Shown: one piece after another, positions 1 through 13,181 of the stretch
How positions within the stretch are numbered: position 1 is the first letter of the stretch
Layout of the letters: the number at the start of each line of letters is the position of its first letter
Notes under the pieces: generated by a model
What the model saw: only the letters and a program-made list of their open reading frames with translations
Database searches by the model: none
What the model was told of the DNA's origin: nothing
Translations under genes and position numbers: made by a program
NCBI RefSeq assembly: GCF_006345805.1
Contig: NC_043012.1
Location: 2,542,001 to 2,606,000 of the forward strand
Direction: 5' to 3'
DNA: 64,000 nucleotides
DNA from: Octopus sinensis
Taxonomy: Eukaryota

Positions 1-65
1 GGGATATTTCGTATTGTGTCATATTTTATTTCCTTTCAATATCTGTTAATGATTGGTGTTATTGG

Positions 66-71
<6 letters not shown>

Positions 72-136
<65 letters not shown>

Positions 137-137
137 G
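72..137. repeat. (TA)n microsatellite (representative of many TA, CA, GA, AAT and CAT tracts)
   Basis: Direct reading; other long tracts at 2973-3018 (ATT), 10820-10890 (AAT), 18007-18042 and 34772-34822 (TA), 49345-49384 (CT). Confidence 0.95.
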
Positions 138-936
138 TAGAGAGAGATATAAATAGATATAGTTTTATTATGATTTGTTTCACGGAAGGAGATTTAATGT
201 ATTGGTTAAAACATACAACTGTTTTATTGACTCCTCTTAAATACTGGATCATCTGCTGTCTCTCTCTAAAAGAATTGATCTTATAACCTTTTGAAGTTGT
301 TATTTGGCCCCCAAGATAGCTCTTATAGAACAGAAGCTATCATCAGAAGCTTTTCAGCCATTGCTATCCATTTTTTTTTTTTTCAGATATAGCATACACC
401 CTGGCTACATTGTACAATATCTCCTTTCTCAAGTCTGTACAATGTGGCTTGAGGGAAATTCAGTTCTATTTTTAACAGGTCAAGTGGTTATATATTGATG
501 CTTTCATGGTGAAGTCTGTAGTGAGAGGATTTCTCATAAATGGTATTAGAATTAAAAAAAAATTTTGATTCAAATTTTGGTTATCTCAAATTCTCTGTAA
601 TGGAGGTAATGGAATGGGGAAAACGGTAGGGTAGTTATATTCTGAGTTCAAATTCTGCCAAATTGACTACTTCTCAGTGGACCATTTCACAGTTTACTGA
701 CTGTTTTTCAGAAAAGATATATCTTGTATATATATATATTTCAAGTGTTACTGCCTGAAACAGTAAGGACTTCTGGTAATTTGACTGAGGAATGAAAGCC
801 ACGAATGACTCGTCTTTTTTTGCTTGTCCTTCTAATTGTTGTTTCCTATCTGCCTTTGTATTGTCTATCTGTCCGAATGTTTTATTCTCTATTGCATTTT
901 TGTTTCATGTTATATATATATATATATATATATATA

Positions 937-1421
937 TTCTTTTATTCTTTCTCTTGCTTGTCATCTCACTGTGGCCATGATGGAGCACCACCTTAAAAAT
1001 TTTTTAGTCAAAGAAATTGACCCTAGGACTTATTCTTCATAAGCCTAGAACTATCAGTCTCTTTTGCCAAACTGCTAAGTTACAGGGACATAAACATACA
1101 ATGGCGGTGCCCCAGCATGGCCACAGCTCATTAGCTGAAACTGGAAAAATCAAAATCAAAAATCATACCAATATTATTTGTCAAGTGATGGTTGGTGGGG
1201 GGCAAACACAAATATATACAGATATATAAACATACAGATATATATACACACACACACACGCACACACACATATATGATGGGCTTCTTTCAATTTCTGTCT
1301 ACCAAATCCACTCACAAGGCTATAATGAAAGAGATTTGTCCACGCTGCCACACAGTGAGACTGAACCTGTAACCATGTGGTTGGGAAGCAAGCTTCTTAC
1401 CACACAACCACACCTGCACCT
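937..1421 (-). mobile_element. SINE family A (tRNA-derived, internal TA/TG microsatellite), diverged
   Basis: Reverse complement of the family consensus seen at 4523-4935. Confidence 0.8.
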
Positions 1422-1495
1422 ATGTGGACAAACAAGAGAGCGTTGACACATTTCGTAGGGGTTACACATATTTTAACTGTTATTACGTGAAAAAG

Positions 1496-2052
1496 TTTTA
1501 TCTTTTACTTGTTCCAGTCACTGGACTGTGGCTATGCTGCCTAAGCCCCACACTGAAAGGTTTAGTCAAACAAATTCCCTTCCCCCCACGCCCCACCTCC
1601 AGTTCTTGTTTTTTAAAGTCTGGTACTTACTCTGTCAGTTCTCTTTTGCCAAACCACTAGCTTACGGGAACATAAACAAACCAATATTGGTTGTCGAGTG
1701 TGTGTGTGTGTTTGCCGTCATGGCTCTTCCTGTCACCATCCCTCCTTGTCTGTTTCTAAGTAAGGTAATATTTTCCCATGGCCAGACATGCTTTTGCAGC
1801 ATATTGGAAATGAATGAAATTCATTTACTACAATCACAATGACAAGAGAGGATTGGTGGGTGGGTGGGCGGAGACAGACAGACAGACACACACACAGAGG
1901 CTTCTTTCAGTTTCTGTCTCTTGAATCCACCCATAAGACCTTGGTTGGTCTGAGACTATGATACAAGACACTTACCCAAGGGGCCACACCAGGACTTAAC
2001 CCAAACTTATGTGATTGGGAAGCAAACCTTTTACCACACAGCCACACCTGCA
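1496..2052 (-). mobile_element. SINE family A, diverged, interrupted by a family F fragment (~1715-1845)
   Basis: Tail and head halves are recognisable on either side of the insert. Confidence 0.7.
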
Positions 2053-2569
2053 CATATGTAACTGCTATTTACAAAACAGTACCATTGACCCAGCTCCCCT
2101 TGTTTCTCTCTCCCATCTGATTACTACATGTTATATTATATTGCTTCTGAATCAGGTCAGATTGATAATACTATGGAATATAACCATATTTGGTAAAAAG
2201 AAAAAAGAAGTGTTTATTCCTTTGTTCAGTTCATGGATGACTCAGGGTTTCATAAGATGGTTTAATTGTAGGGAAAAATCAATTCTATATCCATTTAGCT
2301 CTAGTTTTCTGCTAGGGAATTGGATGGGTTGAGGATCAATACTATAGGGAGAAAATTTAATTCCAGGAATTAGATTTTTTGTAGGTATCTGTTTGTTTGT
2401 TTGTTTGTTTGTTTGTGAGTCAGAGACATATATACTTTGGAAAGGAGTGTTTGATAAACTGCCAAAAATGACTACATGTGAAAAGATGATGTATGAGAAT
2501 ATTCCTTGAAAAAGAAAAAGTATCAGATAAGGATGATGATAATAATTCTTTCTAAGTTTTGGCAAAACG

Positions 2570-2980
2570 CCAGCAATTTTGACTGGAGGGAGAAGTCAAT
2601 TACGTCGACCCCCAGTACTCAGCTGATACTTATATTATTGAGCCCAAAAGGATAAAAAGTAATATTGACTTTGGCAGAATTTGAACTCAGAATGTAAAGC
2701 CAGAGTACTGTAGCAATTCTGCCAGGATATTATTATTATCATTATTATTTATTAATTAAGGTGGCAAGCTGGCAGAATTGTTACCACACCAGGCAAAATG
2801 CTCAGCGGTATTTTATCCATCTTCATGTTCTGTGTTTAAATTCCACTGAGGTTGACTTTGCCTGTCATTCTTTTGGGGTCAATAAATTAAATACCAGTGA
2901 AACACTGGGGTTGATGTAATTGATGAGTCCGCTCCCCAAAATTTCAGGTCTTGTGCCTTTAGTAGTAAGGATTATTATTA

Positions 2981-3021
<41 letters not shown>

Positions 3022-3215
3022 TAAAGCGGTGAGCTGACAAAATTGTTAGCCTGCCAGGCAAAATGATTAGTGGCATTTTATCTGGCTTTGCATTCTAGGT
3101 TCAAATTCTGCTGAGGGTTGACTTTGCCTTTCGTCTTTTTGGCGTCAATAAAATAAGTACCAGTTAAATACTGAGATTGATGTAATCGACTACCCCCCCA
3201 CCACCTCCCCTAAAA
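2570..3215. mobile_element. Cluster of three family B SINEs (one -, two +) separated by (ATT)n
   Basis: Copies at ~2570-2715(-), ~2758-2975(+), ~3023-3215(+). Confidence 0.75.
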
Positions 3216-3659
3216 AGTAAGGGAGAAGATGAAGGTTTGTAACTTGAAATTATACAGACTTTACTTTGGATTTTTACTATTGTTTAGCTTCGTGTCAACC
3301 ATGATTGTCTCCATGAACAGAGACATTGAAGACAGCCACCAGTGGAAACAACAATAGTGTGTCAAAACCTTAATAGTATCAAAACATTGTTGTTATATTT
3401 ATGAAGGAAAACAGTCTTACATCATACCACATTGTGAGTGTTGCTCATGTATCTTGGATGGGGCTGTTGTTGTTATGGTAGCTGCCCCCTCGTTATCAAG
3501 TATGGCCATTGCATGAAGCTTAATCAATGTTGTTATCATGCAATGCCTGTGCAAGAAGATTTTTTTAAAGTGAGGAAAGGCTGTACACTGAGTCAATCCC
3601 ACTCACTTAGCAACAGCAGCCATAATCTGAAACGAAGAACAAGTCAACATCATCGGTAA

Positions 3660-4020
3660 CCACTGAGCCGCAGGTTTTATGTCAGAGTTATCCCAGTTAC
3701 CTGAGTTACCTTCTCCTAGAAGGAAGCCCTAACAAAGGCTAGGAGTCCTTCACTCCTAATGGTTTAACCACACAATCAGGTTTTCAGTCCGATTATTTCT
3801 ATGTCCCCACACATGATACATCCTTAAGACATTTATTGGATGGCCGTTGACTCTCAAGAGTTCCTCCGCCCTTTGACGGGTTTTGTTTTTCCTCCCGCAG
3901 GGTGTCCAATAAACACCCTCCTCACCAAGCAAGCAAGCTTGGTGGGGTTGCCGGTTTAGTCGCCGACAACCTGACCATGCAACAGGTTGTGCTGGGTTAC
4001 ATGTTACCAGTAGCACTCGA
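3660..4020 (-). mobile_element. RTE-type LINE 5'UTR-like fragment
   Basis: GC-balanced island with CTAGGAGAAGGTAACTC on the minus strand, recalled as an RTE 5'UTR motif; unverified. Confidence 0.35.
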
Positions 4021-4522
4021 AAGCGACCTGCTGTTGTTATACATGCATACACACACACATGCATGTCCTGGATAACGTTTATAAAAATGTCATCCCACTG
4101 ATAGCTGTTATATTCACTCATCAACACCATGCAATTGCTGTCCTATAAAGAGATTATACCATTTACACTGCAGAGAGATTATAGCATCTTTGAATCTTCT
4201 GAACCAGCAGTTTGCATACCATCTGCAGCAAAGCCCATCCAACATGTCTGACCTCGTCTACTTTGTTCATCATCACTTTTGCTTCCAATTCTCCAAAGTC
4301 TACTCTAAAAATCTTGTTCAATCCCTTCTCTGCAGATCTACAATGTTCTGGAACACCATCTTTGTACATGTTTCCTTTGCAGCTTCTAACTTTCAGAACC
4401 TTGAGCTGGAATATCAACTGCAAGCCTTATCCATAAAAACCATGGATGTCACCTATTCTCCTTCAACTAAATAATGGTTTCTAACACAGGCACAAAGCTA
4501 CACAATTAGTGAGTGGGTGCAT

Positions 4523-4935
4523 GAGTGGCTGTGTGGTAAGTAGCTTGCTTACCAACCACATGGTTCCGGGTTCAGTCCCACTGCGTGGCACCTTGGGCAA
4601 GTGTCTTCTGCTATAGCCTCGGGCCGACCAAGGCCTTGTGAGTGGATTTGGTAGACGGAAACTGAAAGAAGCCCGTTGTATATATGTATATATATGTATA
4701 TATGTGTGTGTGTGTGTGCATGTATGTTTGTGTTTGTCCCCCTAGCATCGTTTGACAACTGATGCTGTTGTGTTTATGTCCCCGTCACTTAGCGGTTCGG
4801 CAAAAGAGACCGATAGAATAAGTACTGGGCTTTCAAAGAATAAGTCCCGGGGTCGAGTTGCTCGATTAAAGGTGGTACTCCAGCATGGCCACAGTCAAAT
4901 GACTGAAACAAGTAAAAGAGTAAAGAGTAAAAGAG
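4523..4935 (+). mobile_element. SINE family A, full length
   Basis: A box TGGCTGTGTGG, B box GGGTTCAGTCCC, CORE-like CCTTGGGCAAGTGTCTT, internal (TA)n(TG)n, tail (GTAAAAGA)n. Confidence 0.9.
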
Positions 4936-7229
4936 TTGATTAGTTCACCTGTCCTACTACTTGTATTCTGTCGACCTGTCTACCTGTACAATTATTCTGC
5001 CAGTACAGATTATACTAGTTAAACTGAGTCAAGTTTGGTTATTATTAATAATGACAATCTTTTCGCTATCCCAGGTCAGTGAGGAGGGATGGACACTAAC
5101 CTGTTCTTAAAGGAAACTAAACAGAACAAAAAAAATAGGAGTGCTATTGAAAACAGAATAAGTCATTAGTTTTACCTTATAAAGCTTCAGGTTTGTTACA
5201 TAGCTACTGCAAATATCTGGTTTTTGGGATTGTATGAATCACTGTTATGTAAGAACTATTTTAGTGGAGAAAGTTTATATATGTGTGTGAGTGTGTGATA
5301 TTTTAGAATTGCTGAATAATATGCATGTGTGTGTGTGTATGAGTGTTTATATCAATGTAGAAAAAACCGTATTTTGGTAAATCAATAAAGTTAAATTTGT
5401 ATTGTTTCAATGCAAGACCACATGTGCAAGCACATAGCATATTTGTATGCGTACAGGTAACACATACATACCGATACACTTATGTTAACATTACAATTCA
5501 AAATAAACTGGATATCTATATCTAAACACTCGTCTCGCCTATTATATTTGCCAAATAGCTTAGCTCACAATTTTCATTCATATATTTTCTCTCAGATTCT
5601 ACTTTAAGTTAGTATATATATGATCTAATTTTGAACTGAAACAATAATGTAAATATAGTTACAACGAATAAATGCTATCTTGATGATACTATTTGAGAAA
5701 AGTAATATTAAATCTAAATCAATAAAATAGCTAGGAGAAAAAAAAAATGTATGTTTTGAAGCTGAAATCATTGATAATCTCATGAATAAAAGCCTTAGAA
5801 CATTCCCCCTCCCCTGAAATCAATACTCTTGAAGAAGTCCTATAGTTGCATTCATTTTTAGTTGTTTGTATTTGTTTAGTTGATAAATTTTCTTTGTCAG
5901 TTCACCTTTCTTGGTGATGAGAGAATATGTTGTGATAGCTTTAACCATAATGAGGTGAGTGTTGTAGAGATCAAGTTATGGCAGACCGAGTCTGCAACAT
6001 GGTTTCCATTCCTGGCTAGAACTATTTGATTTCTCTCTGTCTAGACAAGTGGTTCTCAACCAGGGTCCGTATGACCCTTGGGGACCATGTAAGGCTTTGA
6101 GGGGTCTATGCAAGCAAAATAGTAAATTGGGGCTCCACAAGGGTCCATGGTAGAATTTTTCAACTGTCCATGGTAGAATTTTGCCCGAGATGTCTTTATT
6201 CCAAGAAGCAGCAAGATATCTTCGTAGCTTAGTGAAAACTAAGCAAAATCACTATTACTACTCGTCTGTTTATCTTTCTTTTGTGTTCATGTCATTAGCT
6301 GTTATATCTCTAGAATCAAACGTAAAATAAACATGAAGAAATGGATTCAAAGCAATAATGTCTACAGAAATGGCCTTAGCCATAATGACTACAACAAATT
6401 AAAGAATTCACCCTTCCTAAAAATAAATGAGAATTAATAAAAATATAGACACATTAAGGAAAATATTTTATGGTTCTTCATCAATATTTTCTCCCTGTCA
6501 TTAGTGTGGGTTGTTCTTTTTCTTGATTGTAATTAGCAAAATGTTTTTCTGATTATCTGTTTGTTGAGTCTTCAGGCACTTCTTGATGTGTCAGTCAAGT
6601 ATTATTAGACATGTCAGTCAAGACCCATTTCATTTGTTATAGAAACAAAAATGTCTGTTGAAATATAGTAATTTCAGGGTGGTTTTTTTTTTTCGCATGA
6701 AATGAGGTTCTATAAATATTTGGTTTATAGTGATTCTTAAATGTTATTTGCAAGATATCAGCAAACACACATACTGAAAGAATATTCACATCTTTTCGCC
6801 GACTGCTTCCATGCTGCAGCACGACCTGGAAGGGTTCAGTTGATTATATTGGCTCCAGTGCTTATTTCAAGGAGGAACTTATTTGATCAAACTCTATTTG
6901 TCAAGCCACTAAGTTACAAGAAATTAAGGGACACAATCTAACATTCTTTAAAAGTGTTTTTTTTTAAGACTTGTTTAAACATGAAGCACACATGCACCCA
7001 CTGACACATGCATATACATAGGTGTATATACACACATAGACATGTATGCGTGTGTGTGTGTGTCAAATCATATTGGTCCCAATACTTATTTGAAGGATGT
7101 ACTTTTTTGTGTTACAAGAAATGAAGGGGACACAACACTTTAAAATTTTTTTTTACCTGTTTAAGCATAAAACACACATATGCATATACAGAGGTGTGCA
7201 TACATACATAGACATGTGTGTGCGTGTGC

Positions 7230-7261
<32 letters not shown>

Positions 7262-7631
7262 ACACATGATGTGGGTGGTTCTGCATAATTTCCATTTACC
7301 AAGTTCCACTCTCTTAGGCATTGTGGGTGGAATTTGTTGGAACATGTGAGAAGGCGCTTATTCATAGTGCTGTGCAATGGGATTGATCCCGGAACTACAT
7401 GGTTGCTAAGCAGACTTGTTAACCACATCAACCATGCTCACATCTAATGTATTTGTTAGAATGAGTCAGTAGAACTGATGGTCCTTAATCATCGACGACC
7501 GAATCATTTTCAGATGAGAATAAATGACTGATTGAACGATGCTGTTTATCTGGACATATTGTTTTTGTACACGACAGGGTGATATATAAACAGAACAGAG
7601 AGATGACATATAGTCTGTGTGTGTGTGTGGA

Positions 7632-7666
<35 letters not shown>

Positions 7667-7991
7667 ATGCAGGATGTGGGTGGGGTGTGTTTTTGTTGTT
7701 TGTTTTGCTTTTTCAAGCATAATGTAACTGTCATATGAAGTCAAACTGAACAAGACACTATTTCTTTGTAAGCTAATAGTGATGTGCATGTGTGAGCAAC
7801 AATTCTATTTGATGTGTGTGTGTGTATTCGTGATTGTGTGTGTGTGTGTGTATTCGTGATTGCGTGTTTTGTGCATGTGTTGCGTGTATGTTTTTGAAAG
7901 CATGTGTGCCTGTGTTTCCACATATTACATATGCGTTTCTACATAGGAGTTTCTGAATGTGTTCGTGCATGAGGATGTATACGTTTGTGCG

Positions 7992-8032
<41 letters not shown>

Positions 8033-8942
8033 GTGCTTGTAGATCAGAGTATCTGTAATTGTGTGTGTGTGTGTGTTTCTGCTTGTAAATTTGTATGTAT
8101 TTCTGTATGCATATGTGTGTGAATGAATGCATGTATGTATGTGTGTGTGTGTGTGTGTGTTTGTACATGTGTGTGTAAGAGTGATCTCACTGGAATATTG
8201 CCCAGAGTGAAGTCAGTCAAAGCTAGCTGGTAACAAGACTACAGCTGACTTCAATAGTAGTGTTAGTTTTTACCTGTTTCAAAGAAGGCAAAAACAACAA
8301 AATAGTAACTGATCTCATTTCATAAAGGTCAGGTTGCTTATGGCAGGAGAATGAGCTTAGGGGAAAGGGGGGGGGGGTATTCTGTGATAGAATGTACTTC
8401 TGTGAATAACAGCTTCATTCCTTGAGATGCTAGATTCTTTATTAACAGCTATAAACTAGACTGATGGTGTGACACATATTTAGTTACAATTTACTTTCAG
8501 TTACAAAACTCCATCTCCTCCAGTTACTATTCAGTTATGTAAATAGTCAAATTCGCTGACATAAATTAAAAATATATAAACCAGTTGTGTCATAGTAGTA
8601 GAACCATTAAAATATACACACACATATACATACATACATACATACACACATACATACATACATACATACATTATTCTAGCATGGAGAATGGATTTTAAAT
8701 GATGATGATATTTAAAATCTTTTTTTTTTTATTGAGTCAATTTCTCCTTTCCCTTATTTTAGAAAACAATAACATCATGTAGAGCAATATGTTTTTATTA
8801 GCTGAAGAGCTAGAGTGACCTGAGAGAGGAGAGTTTCTTGCCAGGAAATTTTAATAAGTCTGGTGAGTGTATCGGTATGAACTCTCACTCTGAGTCACAG
8901 TAACTCCTTAGTTAATTATACATATATATATATATATACATG

Positions 8943-9240
8943 TGGAGGCGCAATGGCCTAGTGGTTAGGGCAGCGGACTCGCGGTCGCAGGATCGCGGTT
9001 TCGATTCCCAGACCGGGCGTTGTGAGTGTTTATTGAGTGAAAACACCTAGAAGCTCCACGAGGCTCCGGCAGGGGATGGTGGTGATCCCTGCTGTACTCT
9101 TTCACCACTCTTTCTCCTGTTGGCCTGCTCGCTTAGCCAGCGGGGTGGCGTCATTCGAAGGCTAAAACAATGCGAACACATTGTGACCAGTGATGTGTAA
9201 CAACATCTGATGGTCTGGTCGGTCACGTGATCACATGATA
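8943..9240 (+). mobile_element. SINE family C (tRNA-like head), full length in (TA)n
   Basis: A box TGGCCTAGTGG, B box GGTTTCGATTCCC, tail GGTCACGTGATCACATGA; no acceptor-stem complement. Confidence 0.85.
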
Positions 9241-9504
9241 TATATACATATATATGAAAGGATGCTGAACAGTTCCTAGCTTTTGGTAACAGAAAATACA
9301 GGAAGACCAGTTTATTATGATTTTATTCAACATATTCCCCTCTCAGATTCATACAATTATTACAGCAGGCTTTCAGTTTTTGTAAGCCCTGTAAAAGAAC
9401 TCAGTAGGCTGGGCCTTTAATCTGGCCTTTCATGATACCCTTAAAGCCAGGAACCTTTCAGCACCTCCTCATATATATATATGTAATATGTATATATATA
9501 TATA

Positions 9505-9703
9505 TTTTATCCTTTTACTTGTTTCAGACTGTGGCCATGTTGGAGCATTGTCTTTAGTCGAACAAATTGACCCCAGAACTTATTTTTTGTAAGCCTAGTA
9601 CTTATTCTATGGGTCTCTATTGCTGAACCACTAAGTTACGGTGATGTAAACATACCAACACTGGTTGTCAAGCGATAGTGGGGGGACAAACATAGACACA
9701 CAA
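9505..9703 (-). mobile_element. SINE family A, 3' half
   Basis: Matches the 3' half of the family consensus. Confidence 0.75.
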
Positions 9704-9731
9704 ATATATATATATATATATATATATATTA

Positions 9732-9930
9732 TGGAGGTGTACTTGCATAGCGAGTGACTTGATCTGAGATTGTTCTAGAACGAAAACAATTGCAGCATGG
9801 AAGGTGTTTATAAGCCATTTAAGAAACACACAAAACCATTAGATTCACTTCAATATTTAAATTTAATTTGCCAAAATATTTTCGTCGCTTTGAGACCGCG
9901 ACCTGCTCCCTGACAAAACTTTGTGCTGCA
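9732..9930 (-). mobile_element. (TA)n-embedded short element (family D), putative Penelope-like pLTR remnant with variant hammerhead
   Basis: ~200 bp complex sequence flanked by (TA)n on both sides; minus strand folds into a hammerhead three-way junction at 9867-9917. Confidence 0.6.
9867..9917 (-). ncRNA. Minimal type I hammerhead-like fold with G3-C8 swapped core
   Basis: UUUGUCA-GGGAGCA-G-GUCGC(GGUCUCAAA)GCGAC-GAAA-AUAUU-U-UGGCAAA: 7-bp stem I, 5-bp stem II, palindromic AAUAUU stem III. Confidence 0.55.
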
Positions 9931-10484
9931 TATATACATTATATATACACATACACACAAGTAAAACGCCCCACCATCCAATGGATTGTCTGATTTGCCT
10001 TATTACAGCCTTTGCTGTATTCATATGTCACTAATTTATAATGTGTTCAAACTTGGAAAAGATGATAAATATAAATGTTTATTGAATAGAAATCTATGGT
10101 GATAAACTGTCACTTATAACTTAATTATAAATATTATCACTATACATAAATCTTAACTCAGGCTGTGCAAATGCCGTGATGAATTATACACCACCAAGAT
10201 ACTGAAACGTACATGTATGTTGAAGATAAATAAAGCTCGCTCTTTTTCACCACTATAATAACAGTTTCATAGTTGCAGAAATAAATTTCATTAACAGGTT
10301 GAAGAAAATGAAGAAAGAAATTATTTACTAAATTAGTTTATTTACTTTCATTTAATATTTATGAGTCAAAAGAAAATTGTTGTAGAGGATTATGACATAA
10401 AATTTATATTACTAATTCTTCCATAATAAGCTTTGTTGAATTAAGTGATAGACATGGCATAAAAATAGCCAATATCTCAATGGA

Positions 10485-10563
10485 GTGAGTGTCATGGAAA
10501 TGAGTGACAACCAACAAACACTAGGGTGAGTGTCATGGAGTTGAGTAACAACCAACAATCACT
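10485..10563. repeat. 41-bp tandem duplication
   Basis: GTGAGTGTCATGGA...ACAACCAACAA twice. Confidence 0.85.
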
Positions 10564-10837
10564 GATAACTCTCCCAAAAATCAAGGGTTTTATAAGTGCT
10601 CATACCTGAATTCTAAGAACCATATTTTGTGAAAGATTTCTCTTTGACGAAAGTTTAGAATTCAAATATGGGCAGTAATTTTAACCAATGGGAAACTAAC
10701 AATTATACCTATTCGGGCAACATGACCATTACGTTGTATTACCCCCAATAAAAGTTTATTATTATGACTTGCGCCACTACAAAACAAACATGACTGAAAA
10801 CAATACCTCTGCAGAGGTAATAATAATAATAATGATG

Positions 10838-10890
<53 letters not shown>

Positions 10891-11414
10891 CAGCAGCAGC
10901 AGCTGCTGTTGTAGTCCAGATTGTTGCCAGTATGATTTCAGATGTCATTAAGATGGTTTTACTTTATGTATGCAAAATCCTGGGAACAGAGCTGAAAAGA
11001 AAATCAAAGGTTTGGTCATATTTATGGCAAAAATAAATAAATAAATAAAGATGACAATATAACGAGCTAGCTGTCATTATTTTACAACATAACTTTTATT
11101 CACCTGCTTTCAGATTATAAAGCTTTGCGTTCATAGTTTATATTTGCTCTGTGTTAGAACACAAACTAAACTGTGCAATATTTCAAGTATCTTGACAACT
11201 TGACAATTATAACTCTAAGTCTTACTAATCTCTTGCAAATTCTACTGCTGTTTTTTTTTGTGAAGTTGGAGCTACATTTATTGGCAAAGTTACTTTGAAA
11301 AGGCACCGCCATTGCACTTAATAGTCATAATGAAAACGTGTGAAAAGACTGAAAGATCACCAAATAAGATGAACAGCCTAACCCTGACTCTGTCAACATC
11401 AACTAACAAAACAC

Positions 11415-11757
11415 TGCTGAGACCCCCTTTGGTCATGACTGACCATGGGATTGCACCTAGAAAGTTATCCTCCCAGGCACAAGTCTGGGCAAGGTTGTTT
11501 ATGGAAGGCCAGCAGTCGCCCATGCATACCAGCCTTCCCTCTCCAATGCCATCAATGTTATCCAAGAGAAGGGCAAAGGGGCCGATACAGCTTGGCACCT
11601 GTGATGTCACAACTCATTTTTACAGCTGAGTGAACTGGAGCAACGTGAAATAAAGTGTCTTGCTCAAGAACACAACACGCAGCCCAGTCCAGGATTCGAA
11701 CTCACAACCTCACGCTCGTAAGCTCGACGCTCTAACCACTGAGCTATGCGCCTTCAC
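11415..11757 (-). mobile_element. SINE family E (tRNA head, CORE-like CTTGAGCAAGACACTT, LINE-like tail)
   Basis: A box TAGCTCAGTGG, B box GAGTTCGAATCC. Older fragments at ~20690-20865(-), ~40390-40535(-) and ~49190-49330(+). Confidence 0.8.
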
Positions 11758-12200
11758 ATAGCAAAACACTATGAGGAAGCAATTTCATATAACAATGATC
11801 TCAGGAGTTCTTTAAAATTATTGTTTATTCTGTGGATCTAGCATGTGCCATGGAGACCAAGTCCCACATGCCAATGGAATACGGTTGGTATCTTAGGTTA
11901 AAACCTGGTAAACCTAGTCAGTTATGCTCTACTGGTACTCTGCTTGTTCATCATCAGTTCTTATAAAAGCTGTGATGTGAATCTTTCTTTCTTTCTTTCT
12001 CTTCTCCCTCCCTTCTTTCCTTCCTTCCTTCCTTCCGTTTCCATTCCATTCCATTCCATTTGTTTCTATGTTTATATTGTTGAAGTCTTTTTAGGCCATA
12101 ATGCAAGATGTATTTTATTCCATGCTGATAGAATAACCTTCATTCTATCAAATTCATTCTCACATTCCCTCATTCTGATACTCTATTATACACTCTCCTA

Positions 12201-12585
12201 TTCTCTTTTCTCTTTTCTCTTTTATCTCTTTTACTTGTTTCAGTCATTTGACTGCGGCCATGCTGGAGCACCGCCTTCAGTCGATCAAATCGACCCCGGG
12301 ACATATTCTTTGTAAGCCCAGTACTTATTCTATCGGTCTCTTTTGCCGAACCGCTAAGTGACGGGGACGTAAACACACCAGCATCGGTTGTCAAGCAATG
12401 CTAGGGGTACAAACACAGACACACAAACACACACACACACATACATATACATATATATACATATATACGACAGGCTTCTTTCAGTTTCCGTCTACCAAAT
12501 CCACTCACAAGGCATTGGTCGGCCCGGGGCTATAGCAGAGGACACTTGCCCAAGATGCCACGCAGTGGGACTGAACCCGGAACCA
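12201..12585 (-). mobile_element. SINE family A, near full length (head truncated), young
   Basis: CpG-rich, close to consensus. Confidence 0.85.
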
Positions 12586-13181
12586 TTTTGTAAAATAGTT
12601 TGTAGTTTTGGTAACACCTAAAATGACTTGAAATAATAATAATAATAATAAGATGTTTTACAAAAAGTTAAAAACCAATCCAAAATTATTGACTCAGACT
12701 GTGACAACCCTTCCAACTCATGATTCATCATCATCATCACCATTGTTGTTGCCATAACCACCATCATCCCCCCCTACCATCACCACCATCATGATGTCCA
12801 TTTTTCTATGCTTGCATGGGCCTGACTGGATTTGTTGAGGCAGATCTTCTATGGCCAGATATTCTTCTTGTCACCAACCATCACCTGTTTCCAAGCATTA
12901 ATTTTTTCCTATGAGTTCATTGAACACCAACAGTATAATGAGCAGACATGATTTCATGAAAGACCTCAATGATTGCTGCTGCTGCTGGTATGATGGCGGC
13001 ACTAGTTGAGAATTAGCTTGCAATGTCTAGACAAGGGAACACAAATACACACACACACAATATCTAGAAAAAGGAATGCGAATATACACACACACACACA
13101 CAATGTCCAGATAAAGGAATGCAAATTCAAGCACACACACACACACACACACACACACATTTATATATATATATATATATA

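Noticed and set aside
8945-9015. tRNA gene (plus strand)
   Set aside because: It is the head of SINE family C; a second full copy lies at 60991-61290.
11290-11633. Overlapping 105-106 aa ORFs
   Set aside because: They lie within the family E SINE body.
11690-11752. tRNA gene (minus strand)
   Set aside because: A and B boxes are present but there is no 3' acceptor-stem complement, and it continues into a SINE body.
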